A stretch of DNA of 64,000 nucleotides, taken from NCBI GenBank assembly GCA_965215885.1, contig CBDCEW010000101.1:96001-160000 (forward strand), in the 5' to 3' direction. A model generated the notes under the pieces. That model was not told the DNA's origin. It did no database searches and worked only from the letters and a program-made list of their open reading frames with translations. This document shows, piece after piece, positions 10,076 to 19,512 of the stretch (position 1 is its first letter; each line of letters begins with the position of its first letter). The DNA is from Candidatus Moanibacter sp. (GTDB taxonomy: Bacteria; Verrucomicrobiota; Verrucomicrobiia; Opitutales; UBA2987). Position numbers and translations under genes: made by a program.

Positions 10076-10396
10076 TAAGGGTAGATCGACCGATCCGCAC
10101 CATCAAGGAAGCGGCGATTCCCTGGATTTCTGCTCGAATCTCTCCCTCAGCTCGGCTCTCTCGGATAGATGCTGGGGCAGGATCTTGAGAGCGATTTCCT
10201 ATCAGTCTTGCCGTGCCCGCGAATCTTCCCGCAGATCGAGAAAGTTGGCTCTAATATCCAGGTAACCGAGATTAGTTAATTCGGATAATGCACTGATATC
10301 ACTGATCTGGTTGTTGCCGAGGTATAGCTCCATCAGGCTGGTGAGCCCGCTGAGGGCGCTGATATGGCTGATCTGGTTGGTGGCGAGCCTTAGCTT

Positions 10397-12313
10397 GACC
10401 TTATCCGAAAAGCTACTGATTGGCCGCAAAGAGGCGCAAAAGGCGCAAGAAAAACTTGAGAAAAATCATTTTTTGGCTTGATAAAAAGTGTCGCAACATG
10501 CTAGTGTTTAACAACCTAAGATTAAGAAAGGAGTTAAACATGCCAACATGTGCGACAGAGGAGAACAAAAGCGATAAGACGCCCCTTAGCAACCTCATTC
10601 TGCCGGTTCCAGACACGGATTTCCGTGATTTTCTGGATGAAGTTGAAGAATTGGCCGGGTTCGCGGCGCAAATCATCGAGGCGATCGAGAAGGATCTGGA
10701 CGCCCATGCGCGTGAGAAGAAGAAACTTCGATTGGAAGATCGCAGGTTCTTTGAAGGGCGCACAGCGGAGCTGCCGGAGCTGGACATCGAGGAGGAGAAT
10801 ATTCTGGCTGCTGAATTGAATCTTGGGGCAGGCCGGCCGCGGATGCCGGCTTATGCGGTATACGTGTTCGTGATGATTCGAGGGTTTCTGGGTTCGTTGA
10901 CCACGAAACCGGCACGGCGGTTTGTGCGCGAGTCGATGAGCTTGTACGGATTTTTGCAGAGCGGGGGACTGAGAATGCCGGCGGTGACGACGATTCTGGA
11001 GAACGTGAACCTGGTCAGCCATACGACCCGCGAGTTGATCTTTGATAAACAGATTGGGTTTATCCTCCAGGAGCAATGGGACGATTTCGGGAAGCTGACG
11101 ATCGACAGCACCTCGGTGAAAGCAAACAGCTGCTGGCCCACCGATGGGAAGATTCTGAGCGGTCTTTTGATGCGGGCCAATCGTTTGGGTCAGAAGTTGC
11201 ATGTCTTCGGGCTGGAGGATTTTCGCAAGGGATGGGTTGGGCGTTGGCTGGAGGAAATGGACAAGCTGGAGTTTCAGATTTGTCTGGCCGCGGGCAAACC
11301 GAAGTCGAAGGGCAAGCTGAAGAAACACTACCGGCGGTTGCTCAAGCGGGGCCGCAAGGCGGCCGACTCACTAACGGGGGAACTGAGCCATCTTGAAGAG
11401 GGCCTGTCGATGGATTCACTGCCTCCCACTCGCCGGGAGCTTCTGGAGCGGGCATTGAGCCAGATCAGGGGCGATATTGCCGACGCCAAGCGGGTTGTTG
11501 AGTATGCTCATGATCGGGTGTTTCACGAAAAGAAGCTACCGTCCACACAGAAGGTCCTGAGCCTCTCGGACGGATCGGCGGCCTACATCAAGAAGGGCAG
11601 CCGCAATCCAGTGATCGGGTACAAGCCACAACTGGTTCGCAGCGAAAACGGTTTTGTCACCAGCCTGATCGTACCGCAAGGCAACGCGGCAGACTCCATT
11701 GAGCTGGCGCCGGCCATCGGCGATTCGATCAAGCGCACCGGTGTCATTGCTGAACTGGTCAGCACCGATGACGGATATGCTTCGGCGAAGGGACGCAAGG
11801 AGGTGCTGAGCATGGGGGTAAAGCAGATCAGTATCAGTGGGGCGAAGGGCAAGAAGTTGACCACCCCCGAGGACTGGGAGAGCGAGGCGTATCGCGAGGC
11901 ACGCCGCGATCGCTCCGCAGTGGAGTCGCTGATGTTCACGATTAAAGATGGATTTGCCTTTGGCGAACTCGGCCGCCGCGGCATCGATGCGGTAGGCGAT
12001 GAACTGCTCGAGAAGGTTCTGGCCTACAACTTCTGCCGCATCATACTGATGAAGAAACGCCGAGGGGAGGAACTGGAACAGGCAGCCTGAATCTGACCGC
12101 TTTGAAGCTCAGAGAAAAAAGCACCACGGGATGAGTATGCCTCCAGACAGCGGCAAATATACGTATTGTGCAGCAAGCCACGCCGATGGCCGCTCAATAC
12201 CTGCTCATCGGCAGCGCCGGCAGCCTAAAACCCGAAACCTGCCAGCCATAGGCTGGTCCGCCCGTGGCGGAGAACCTTAAACCGCCCGCTCGAAAGGCTT
12301 TTCGAATGGGGTC
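10397..12313 (+). mobile_element. IS5-like/ISNCY insertion sequence, copy 2, 6-bp target duplication TAGCTT
   Basis: Same TIRs as copy 1; TAGCTT at 10391-10396 and 12314-12319. Confidence 0.95.
10540..12090 (+). CDS. DDE transposase (IS5-like/ISNCY)
   Basis: Same protein as 1065..2615 from MPTCAT onward. Confidence 0.85.
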   Translation: MPTCATEENKSDKTPLSNLILPVPDTDFRDFLDEVEELAGFAAQIIEAIEKDLDAHAREKKKLRLEDRRFFEGRTAELPELDIEEENILAAELNLGAGRPRMPAYAVYVFVMIRGFLGSLTTKPARRFVRESMSLYGFLQSGGLRMPAVTTILENVNLVSHTTRELIFDKQIGFILQEQWDDFGKLTIDSTSVKANSCWPTDGKILSGLLMRANRLGQKLHVFGLEDFRKGWVGRWLEEMDKLEFQICLAAGKPKSKGKLKKHYRRLLKRGRKAADSLTGELSHLEEGLSMDSLPPTRRELLERALSQIRGDIADAKRVVEYAHDRVFHEKKLPSTQKVLSLSDGSAAYIKKGSRNPVIGYKPQLVRSENGFVTSLIVPQGNAADSIELAPAIGDSIKRTGVIAELVSTDDGYASAKGRKEVLSMGVKQISISGAKGKKLTTPEDWESEAYREARRDRSAVESLMFTIKDGFAFGELGRRGIDAVGDELLEKVLAYNFCRIILMKKRRGEELEQAA

Positions 12314-13140
12314 TAGCTTAGTCAGGCTGGTGAGCCCGCTCAGGGCGCTGATATCGCTGATCCGATTGGTGGCGAGGTTAAGAAATGTCAGGCTGTTCAG
12401 CCCGCGGAGGGCGCTGATATCACTGATCCGGTTGTTGTAGAGGGATAACCTTCTCAGGATGGTGAGCCCGCTCAGGGCGCTGATATCACTGATCTGGTTG
12501 TTCCAGAGGTTTACCTCTAACAGGCTGGTGAGTCCGCTCAGGGCGCTGATATCGCTGATCGGATTGTTGTAGAGGGATACCCTTCTCAGGCTGGTGAACC
12601 CGCTCAAGGCGCTGATATCGCTGATCTGGTTGTTGTAGAGGTTAAGAAATCTCAGGCTGGTGAGCCCGCTAAGGGCGCTGATATCGCTGATCCGGTTGGT
12701 GGCGAGCCATAGCTCTGTGAGGCTGGTGAGCCCGCTCAAGGCGCTGATATCACTGATCTGGTTGTTGTAGAGGTTAAGAAATCTCAGGCTGGTGAGCCCG
12801 CTCAAGGCGCCGGTATCGCTTATCTCGTTGTTCCAGAGATTTAGCTCTAGCAGGCTGGTGAGCCCGCTCAGGGCACTGATATCACTGAGCTGGTTGTTGG
12901 AGAGGTTTAGCGAGGTCAGGTTCACGGCAGCCTCCAGGCCGGTCAGGTCGGCGATGCCACTTAGGTGGGCCGAAAGGCTGGTTAGCGATTCCATGTCAGT
13001 GGCGGTTATATCGCCGGTGGGTTTTCCCAAAGCGTCTCGGATGGCCGACTCTAGACCGCTGTCCGGGATAGGCGTCTGCGCGTTGGCGATGTGCCCGAAA
13101 GGGGCGAAGACTGCCATGAATGCAATTGTTATGCGCCGAA

Positions 13141-13347
13141 TTACCATAATGCTTCTTTTGGAGAAATTGCCTTAAGCTCTTTTTTCAGGGTTTTGATTTG
13201 AATCCTTAATTCGTCCTTCTTGATTGGCGGAGCGGCTTTAAGATCCCGTTTCAAAGACTTCAATTCTAGCTTCTTATTCTTGATCTTTTCTTGAACTTCC
13301 GGCGACGCATGGTGTCGCATGGCTCCATCTGGTAGGAATTTTGTCAT
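13141..13347 (-). CDS. Small Lys-rich coiled-coil hypothetical protein
   Basis: 68-aa ORF whose stop overlaps the LRR gene start; no family recognised. Confidence 0.35.
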   Translation of the reverse strand: MTKFLPDGAMRHHASPEVQEKIKNKKLELKSLKRDLKAAPPIKKDELRIQIKTLKKELKAISPKEALW

Positions 13348-13381
13348 ACTGATTTAAGTTGGTTAACAGGCTACATGCCAT

Positions 13382-14134
13382 TCACTCAACGAACCTTTTC
13401 CGGAAACGCATCACATTGACTTGGGGTTTGTATCCTAGGATTTCTTTGGCAACGGAAAGATCAAGAAAACCGGTGTGTCCTTCATGCACATTCTCGGAGG
13501 CTCCATAGGTGAGGAGGAATTTCTCCGGGCCCCCGTAGTCGACCGCCAGCGTGAAGAGTTGCACGGCGTCAATGGGGGCCAGCAAGGTGCTGCAATGACG
13601 CAAATCCCGAGGCTCTGTAGTGCCGTTATAGGTACCGATGCGGATTCCTATGAAGCGCCGGCCGCAGACATTAACGAGGTACTTACCGGCCGCCTCGGCC
13701 ATGCATTTCATAGCTCCGTACCAGCCGTCCGGATTGATCTGGTCGACGGTGGAGAAAGTGGGGGGATCGCTGATCTTTTCATTCCAGCCGCTGGTGTGGT
13801 TGGAGCTGGCGTAAACGATTTTGCCCACGTCCGCTCGATGGGCGATTTCGAACAGTTGCATCTGCATCCCTATGTCGGTCATGCCACAGTCCGGTTCTCC
13901 GATTTTTGGGGCGCGCAGGTAGGCGAGAGAGATCAGGACATCCTGATCGGCACAGACTCGAGCGGCGAACTCCGGATCCCGCAGGTCCCCCACTTCGACG
14001 CGAGAGCGTGCGCCCTCAATCTCGCACTGATCGACGAGGGTCAGTTCGTAACGGTCCTCCGCCTCCCAGGCCGGCCAGAGGCCCGATCCGACCCTACCGG
14101 AAGCGCCGGTTAAAAGTACTCTCTTCTTACTCAA
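13382..14134 (-). CDS. NAD-dependent epimerase/dehydratase (uronate dehydrogenase-like)
   Basis: VLLTGASGRVG, YASSNH, YGAMK (YxxxK), IRIG; probable TTG start at 14134. Confidence 0.85.
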   Translation of the reverse strand: MSKKRVLLTGASGRVGSGLWPAWEAEDRYELTLVDQCEIEGARSRVEVGDLRDPEFAARVCADQDVLISLAYLRAPKIGEPDCGMTDIGMQMQLFEIAHRADVGKIVYASSNHTSGWNEKISDPPTFSTVDQINPDGWYGAMKCMAEAAGKYLVNVCGRRFIGIRIGTYNGTTEPRDLRHCSTLLAPIDAVQLFTLAVDYGGPEKFLLTYGASENVHEGHTGFLDLSVAKEILGYKPQVNVMRFRKRFVE

Positions 14135-14169
14135 GTATATCCCTTTCGTTTCTGTGTGTTCTGCTTTGA

Positions 14170-14388
14170 TCAAGAAGCCCATTTCATGGAGGGCTTCTTC
14201 TGATTTACTACGCAGTCTCTCAGATATGAGTTAATAAGGTTCTGGTAGGGGATGCCGGTTTCTTGAGCCAGCGCTTTGAAATAATCGAGGACGTCTACCC
14301 CCATGCGAATCGTAATTTGCTTTTTCAAACGCTTCGCATAAGGATTCCTTCTGAACTTTATTTTGCTTAGGTCGTATTCCTTTTTCAT
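14170..14388 (-). CDS. BrnA-family antitoxin
   Basis: MKKEYDLSK..NPYAKRLKKQITIR..GIPYQNLINSYL. Confidence 0.85.
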   Translation of the reverse strand: MKKEYDLSKIKFRRNPYAKRLKKQITIRMGVDVLDYFKALAQETGIPYQNLINSYLRDCVVNQKKPSMKWAS

Positions 14389-14678
14389 CACTTGTTCTCT
14401 TGGTAGATTTTTCTTTCCTTCGCGGTCGCCTTGCGAGCCGAAATAATTCGGATGATATCTTCCGGCTCTCGATAGCAGTGACACGTCATCAGTGTGCGAA
14501 ATCGAAAGCTCTGACCGAGCATGAGAATCCGATCCTCGGTCTTATCATGATCGACGTCATAGAATTCGAGAGCATCCTCATCGAAGAACACGGTTTGAGC
14601 TTCTTCAAAGGAGATGCCGTGCTTTCGCTGGTTGGCGTGATTCTTCGCCTCATCCCATTCGAAATGAAGCTCGCTCAT
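14388..14678 (-). CDS. BrnT-family toxin
   Basis: FEWDEAKNHANQRKHGISFEEA and IRIISARKAT motifs. Confidence 0.9.
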   Translation of the reverse strand: MSELHFEWDEAKNHANQRKHGISFEEAQTVFFDEDALEFYDVDHDKTEDRILMLGQSFRFRTLMTCHCYREPEDIIRIISARKATAKERKIYQENK

Positions 14679-14828
14679 AACTACAATGTAATTAAGACAT
14701 GGACCGAAAGCAAGTCCCAAAATCCTTCAAGTTCAGAAAAGGAGATTTTAGGAGAATGCGGCACTCAACAACGTTCTGCCAGATTTTGGTAGACTCTTGA
14801 CATCCATGGCAAGCGAAGGTTGGTAGGT

Positions 14829-15240
14829 GTTTTGCATTTCTGAGGCTGCCCCGGGCTTGCACGCCTCGGCGAAGACGGGTGCCCGGGTGGGGCACGCTAA
14901 ACAGATACAAAGATTACGACGGAGTTTGGGAAGGAACCCTGCCCTTTAGCGGAGTCCTACAAGACTCATCGACAAGGTTCGCGCCAGGGTTTCGCGACGA
15001 GGTTTGAACAAAGGTGATTCGAGCTCCTCCTCTGAGTTTTCTCTTCCCTTTAGGCCGGAATACCCGAAAGGGAAACCTCGTCGCGAACCTTGTCGAATCC
15101 CTTTCGATTTTAGATCACGATTACGGATCGAATGGATATCCACCTGAATGTCTTCTCTGCCGTACGGCAGAGTAGTCGATTGTCGATTTCTGTTTCTCGA
15201 TTTTAGATTGCGATTATGAGGCGTTCGACGTTTTCGCGAA
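14829..15240. repeat. Cluster of repeat modules: GTTT..ACGCTAAAC MITE-like unit, 12-bp-periodic arms, 6-bp-periodic arms
   Basis: 14829-14902 resembles 45688-45785 and 24966-25015; TCGACAAGGTTCGCG / CGCGAACCTTGTCGA inverted pair; TTTAGATCACGATTACG. Confidence 0.65.
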
Positions 15241-15325
15241 CACGGCTCCATATAACAACGATTTACGGAGCACTGTAGCCGCCCCGCCCAGCGGAATAAC
15301 AACGTGGTGGTTTTTCAGCAGAATC

Positions 15326-17167
15326 ATGACTATAACCGAATCCATGAACACAACAACAGATCAAGTAATGAAGCGAAAGGACGTAGAATCTGCGCACACC
15401 TGGGACCTCGAGAGTGTGTTCCCTACAGCCGAAGACTGGGAGAAAGAGCGGCGGGCGGTGATGGCAACGCTGCCCACGCTCGCCGGGTTCAAGGGAAAGC
15501 TGGGAGAATCCCCACTTGTTCTGGCAGACTACCTGGAGGCTGCAGGGTCCATGGCGGTGCGCACCGTCAGGCTTATGACCTATGCCAATATGGAAATTAT
15601 TGTCGACACGACCAACCCCAAGGCGCTGGCGCTGAAGGGACAGGCTACCGGGCTCTTTGGGCAGTGCTGCGCCACCGTCTCCTTTTCTCAACCTGAACTT
15701 CAGGATCTGGGAGATATTCTCTTCGAGTGGGCAGAGAAGGAACCGCGACTTTCGATCTACCGGCACTATTTCGAAGACCTGATTCGTCAGAAGGACCATC
15801 TGCGCTCCGCGGAAGTTGAGCAGGTTCTGGGTCTTTTGATCGATCCCTTTTCAGGGCCCCAGGCTACCGCCAGTGCCCTTACGGATTCGGACCTGCAGTT
15901 CGCTGATGCCGTTGGGGGCAACGGAGAGGCGTTTCGCGTCGGCCAGACAACCATTCCGCCGACCGGCATCCAGAGTCCGGACCGGGAGCGCCGTCGCACT
16001 GCGTGGGAGAGCTTCAGCGACGGTTATCTCGGCGTGAAGAACACACTGGCCAGTAACTACCTGACCTGCGTCAAACAGCGAGTATTCAACATTCGGGTGC
16101 GCTCCTATGAGTCGGTCCTGCAGAGCATGCTTTCACCGGGCAACGTGCCGACTGCTGTATTCCAAAACCTGATCGATACGTTCACTGCCAATCTTCCTAC
16201 ATGGCACCGTTACTGGGACGTCCGCCTCCGTTTGCTGCGAGTCGATACGTTGCATCCATACGATCAGTGGGCTCCCCTGCAGGATAACGAAATCCGGATC
16301 CCTTATGAAGAGGCGGTCGACTGGTGCTGCGCATCCATGGAACCTCTGGGTGATGAATATGTCGCTGCGATGCGTTCCGGCTGCACCGAGGAGCGCTGGG
16401 TCGACTACGAGCCAAACATCGAAAAGCGGCAGGGCGCAGCTGCGGTGGGCGGCGGTCTCGGCAGCACGAGGAACTTCCTCTACACCTCCTACGACAGCAC
16501 CCTTCAGGCGGTCAGCGTGCTCGCCCACGAGCTTGGGCATGCCATGCACGGATACCTTATCAATCAAACGCAGCCCATCGTCTACCGCAGCATGGGGATG
16601 TCGATGGTGGCCGAAACCGCGTCGAATTTCAATCAGGCTCTGCTGCGTTCCTACCTGATGCGCGAAAAGGTTGACGATGACTCCTTCCAACTCGCTCTGT
16701 TGGACGAAGCGATGTTCAACTTCCATCGCTATTTCTTCATAATGCCAACCCTGGCGCGCTTTGAGTTCGAAGTCTTCAGTCGAGCCGAGAAAGGACAGCC
16801 CCTCAATGCCGACATCCTTAACGGAATAATGGGAGAGCTTTTCGCGGAAGGCTACGGGTCGACCCTTTCCGATGATCCGGATCGCACCGCAATAACATGG
16901 GCCCAGTTTCAGCATATTTACATGCCCTTCTATACCTTCCAGTACGCCATCGGAATCAGCGCCGCCCACGCCATGGCCGAAGGCGTTATCGCAGGCGATG
17001 GAGAGGCGCGGCAGCGTTACCTTAGTTTCCTGAAAGCGGGCGGCTCCCTCTACCCGCTTGAAGTTTTCCGGCTCGGTGGCGTCGACATGACGACACCTGA
17101 ACCGGTGGAGCAGGCCTTCGCTGTGCTCGACGACATCGTTACTCGCCTGGACGCGCTGGCTCCGTGA
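15326..17167 (+). CDS. pepF: Oligoendopeptidase F (M3B family)
   Basis: TWDLESVF N-terminus, HELGHAMH zinc motif, AETAS, HIYMPFYTFQYA. Confidence 0.9.
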   Translation: MTITESMNTTTDQVMKRKDVESAHTWDLESVFPTAEDWEKERRAVMATLPTLAGFKGKLGESPLVLADYLEAAGSMAVRTVRLMTYANMEIIVDTTNPKALALKGQATGLFGQCCATVSFSQPELQDLGDILFEWAEKEPRLSIYRHYFEDLIRQKDHLRSAEVEQVLGLLIDPFSGPQATASALTDSDLQFADAVGGNGEAFRVGQTTIPPTGIQSPDRERRRTAWESFSDGYLGVKNTLASNYLTCVKQRVFNIRVRSYESVLQSMLSPGNVPTAVFQNLIDTFTANLPTWHRYWDVRLRLLRVDTLHPYDQWAPLQDNEIRIPYEEAVDWCCASMEPLGDEYVAAMRSGCTEERWVDYEPNIEKRQGAAAVGGGLGSTRNFLYTSYDSTLQAVSVLAHELGHAMHGYLINQTQPIVYRSMGMSMVAETASNFNQALLRSYLMREKVDDDSFQLALLDEAMFNFHRYFFIMPTLARFEFEVFSRAEKGQPLNADILNGIMGELFAEGYGSTLSDDPDRTAITWAQFQHIYMPFYTFQYAIGISAAHAMAEGVIAGDGEARQRYLSFLKAGGSLYPLEVFRLGGVDMTTPEPVEQAFAVLDDIVTRLDALAP

Positions 17168-17186
17168 GCCGGGTGCTTGCTGGATT

Positions 17187-17453
17187 TCATCCGAAGAGAT
17201 CGCAATGACTGCCGGTCCGTTCCAACCTGAGTTCGGTATCGCACAATCGATAGATGAGCACCCAATCGGGCTCCAAATGACAGTCTCTCCGACCCTTCCA
17301 GTCCCCTCTTAACGGATGGTCCTGGTAGCGTTCCGGTAGCGGTTCTCCCGCCATGAGAATATCAACAGCCCGCCTGAGCTTGCTTGAATCCTTTCCTCTC
17401 CTAATTTGCTTTCTGATGTCTCTCTTAAACTGCCCGGTTTGAGAGAGCCTCAT
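17187..17453 (-). CDS. yafQ: YafQ-family mRNA interferase toxin
   Basis: DHPLRGDWKGRRDCHLEPDWVLIY..RTGSHCDLF. Confidence 0.9.
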   Translation of the reverse strand: MRLSQTGQFKRDIRKQIRRGKDSSKLRRAVDILMAGEPLPERYQDHPLRGDWKGRRDCHLEPDWVLIYRLCDTELRLERTGSHCDLFG

Positions 17454-17713
17454 CTGTCCTTCCAACTGGCGGCCAACTCCTCTACGGAGTCGAAATACTC
17501 CACTTCTTCATCGCGATCACTCTTCGCAAGGGTCTCCGCGGTGAGCTTATTCGGGACACGGAGCTCCAATGGGAATCCCTTTCTCAGAGCGATCTGACGG
17601 TAAAGCAAGCGTACCGCTTCGGTTGCTGTCATACCAATTCGGCGAAGAACACGTTCAGATTCCTCTTTCGTCTTTCGGTCTATTCGAGCATGTACAGTTG
17701 CAGTTTGACTCAT
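17450..17713 (-). CDS. RelB/DinJ-family antitoxin
   Basis: ARID..K.E.E.VL..IG....EAVRL...QI....GFPLEL.VPN; upstream of and overlapping yafQ. Confidence 0.85.
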   Translation of the reverse strand: MSQTATVHARIDRKTKEESERVLRRIGMTATEAVRLLYRQIALRKGFPLELRVPNKLTAETLAKSDRDEEVEYFDSVEELAASWKDR

Positions 17714-17852
17714 GGGTCTAATGTAGCACATGTACTACACAAGTCAATTCCGGTGTTCAGGATACACCAGTTCTCACTCACAAGGCTTTGCCGAATTGTA
17801 TAAAGGGCATGGTTCTAGAGTTGCCATCTATTTTTGTGCAACCTCCTTTCGA

Positions 17853-19124
17853 TTAGCCCTCCTCGACCTCGCGCAATCTCCCTTCAAGAAAAGCCCGCTC
17901 CGGCGCGTTTCCGGCCAGTTCGAGCGCACGCTGATAGGCCGCCACGGCTTCCTTTCCCTTTCCTACCCGTCGTAAAAAATCCGCCTCGGTGGCATGAAAC
18001 GGCAGGTAGTTCTGGAGTTGCGGTTCATCGCGGATTTCCGCGAGTGCGTCCAACGCCGCATCCGGTCCGCCCGCATAGGAGAGAGAAACGAGAGCATTGA
18101 GTCGGACGACCGGGTCGGGTTGGAGTCGGAGGAGCGCCTGGTAAAGGAGGTAGATCTGTTGCCAATCGGTCGATGCGTGATTTGCGGCCTCGGCATGGAG
18201 GGCGCTGATCGCAGCCTGTAGTTGGTAGGGCCCCGGTGTTTGATGGGCGAGTCCCTCCTCGAGAATAATGACGCCCTGTCCAATGAGTTCACGGTTCCAC
18301 AGCCCCCGATCCTGGTCCTCCAGGATGATCAGATTTCCGTCGGAGTCGATGCGCGCTGCAGAGCGCGAGTGATGAAGCAACATCAGAGCAAGCAGACCTT
18401 TGGCCTCCGCGTGCTCGGGCGCCACCGTGACGAGGATCCGCCCCAGCCGAATCGCCTCTTCACAAAGATCAGAACGCACGGAATCATCGCCCGACGATGC
18501 GGAGTAACCCTCATTGAAGATCAAATAGATTGTCGCGAGCACGGACGATAGCCGCTCCGGTAGATCCTCGGCCTCCGGGATCTCGTAGGGGATACGCGCG
18601 ACTTTGATCTTTCGTTTCGCCCTGACGAGACGTTGCGCCATCGTAGCTTCCGGAATGAGGAACGATTTCGCGATCTCTGGCGTCTTGAGTCCACCCAGAG
18701 TCTGCAGCGTCAGGCCAACGCGTGCCTCTTCCGAGAGGGCCGGGTGGCAGCAGGTGAATATCAGACGGAGCCGCTCGTCGGGAATGGCGAACTCCTCGTC
18801 GGCTCCCGAAGGATCTGGTGGAAGCTGGAAATTGGATTCGATAGCGGCCACAATCTCGTCCTGTTTCCGGCGTATGTTTTCCCTTCGGCGGACCTGATCG
18901 ATCATCTTGCGCCTGGCGACCTTGAGGAGCCAGGCGCTTGGGTCTTCCGGAATGCCCGTTGCCGCCTCGCCCCACTGTTCCAGGGCGACAATCAAGGCGT
19001 CCTGCAGAGAATCCTCGGCGAGTTCGAAATCTCGGATCTGTCCGACGAGGACCGAGAGCACGCGGCCCCATTCTTCCCGGATGACGTCTTCGATGATTAC
19101 ATGAGGATGCTCTCCGGACACCAT
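17853..19124 (-). CDS. ECF42-type sigma factor with C-terminal TPR extension
   Basis: AEDSLQDA, DERLRLIFTCCHPAL, IYLIFNEGY, GPYQLQAAI; adjacent to a DGPF gene. Confidence 0.9.
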   Translation of the reverse strand: MVSGEHPHVIIEDVIREEWGRVLSVLVGQIRDFELAEDSLQDALIVALEQWGEAATGIPEDPSAWLLKVARRKMIDQVRRRENIRRKQDEIVAAIESNFQLPPDPSGADEEFAIPDERLRLIFTCCHPALSEEARVGLTLQTLGGLKTPEIAKSFLIPEATMAQRLVRAKRKIKVARIPYEIPEAEDLPERLSSVLATIYLIFNEGYSASSGDDSVRSDLCEEAIRLGRILVTVAPEHAEAKGLLALMLLHHSRSAARIDSDGNLIILEDQDRGLWNRELIGQGVIILEEGLAHQTPGPYQLQAAISALHAEAANHASTDWQQIYLLYQALLRLQPDPVVRLNALVSLSYAGGPDAALDALAEIRDEPQLQNYLPFHATEADFLRRVGKGKEAVAAYQRALELAGNAPERAFLEGRLREVEEG

Positions 19125-19149
19125 GATCGTTCGGGGCGCAAGTGGCCCC

Positions 19150-19512
19150 TTATTCGCCGCTCCCTGGGATATTCATGATGGGTCGCACCTCCACCCGACC
19201 GCTCTTCGCGCCAGGGATTTTCTCGGCGTATCGGAGCGCCACGTCCAGGTCCTGGCAGTCGAGGATGTAGAAGCCCCCGAGCTGCTCCTTCGTCTCGGCA
19301 AAGGGCCCGTCGGTGACGATGCGCTTGCCGTCCCGGACAGCCACGGTTGATGCGCTTGTCACAGACTCGAGCGGTTCTCCGGCGACGAAGACTCCGTCAT
19401 CTTGGATCTGCTTACTGAAGGCGCCGTAACCTGCCATGGTTTCTCCAAATTCCGGGGTGCCGGGACTGGGATTCTGTGCCTCTTCCGTGTAGATAAGGAA
19501 TATGTATTTCAT
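19150..19512 (-). CDS. YciI/DGPF-family protein
   Basis: TDGPFAETKEQLGGFY and VEVRP motifs. Confidence 0.92.
   Translation of the reverse strand: MKYIFLIYTEEAQNPSPGTPEFGETMAGYGAFSKQIQDDGVFVAGEPLESVTSASTVAVRDGKRIVTDGPFAETKEQLGGFYILDCQDLDVALRYAEKIPGAKSGRVEVRPIMNIPGSGE

Larger units (their letters stand above)
10202..13147 (-). pseudogene. Internalin-like leucine-rich-repeat secreted protein, disrupted by IS copy 2
   Basis: Signal peptide, IPDSGLESAIRDAL cap, 22-aa repeats ISDISALSGLTSL (66-bp DNA repeats); removing the IS and one TAGCTT restores LTKL-RLATNQIS in frame. Confidence 0.9.

Noticed and set aside
842..12313. Composite transposon formed by the two inverted IS copies
   Set aside because: Copy 2 has its own 6-bp duplication inside the LRR gene, so it inserted independently; the outer flanks do not match.
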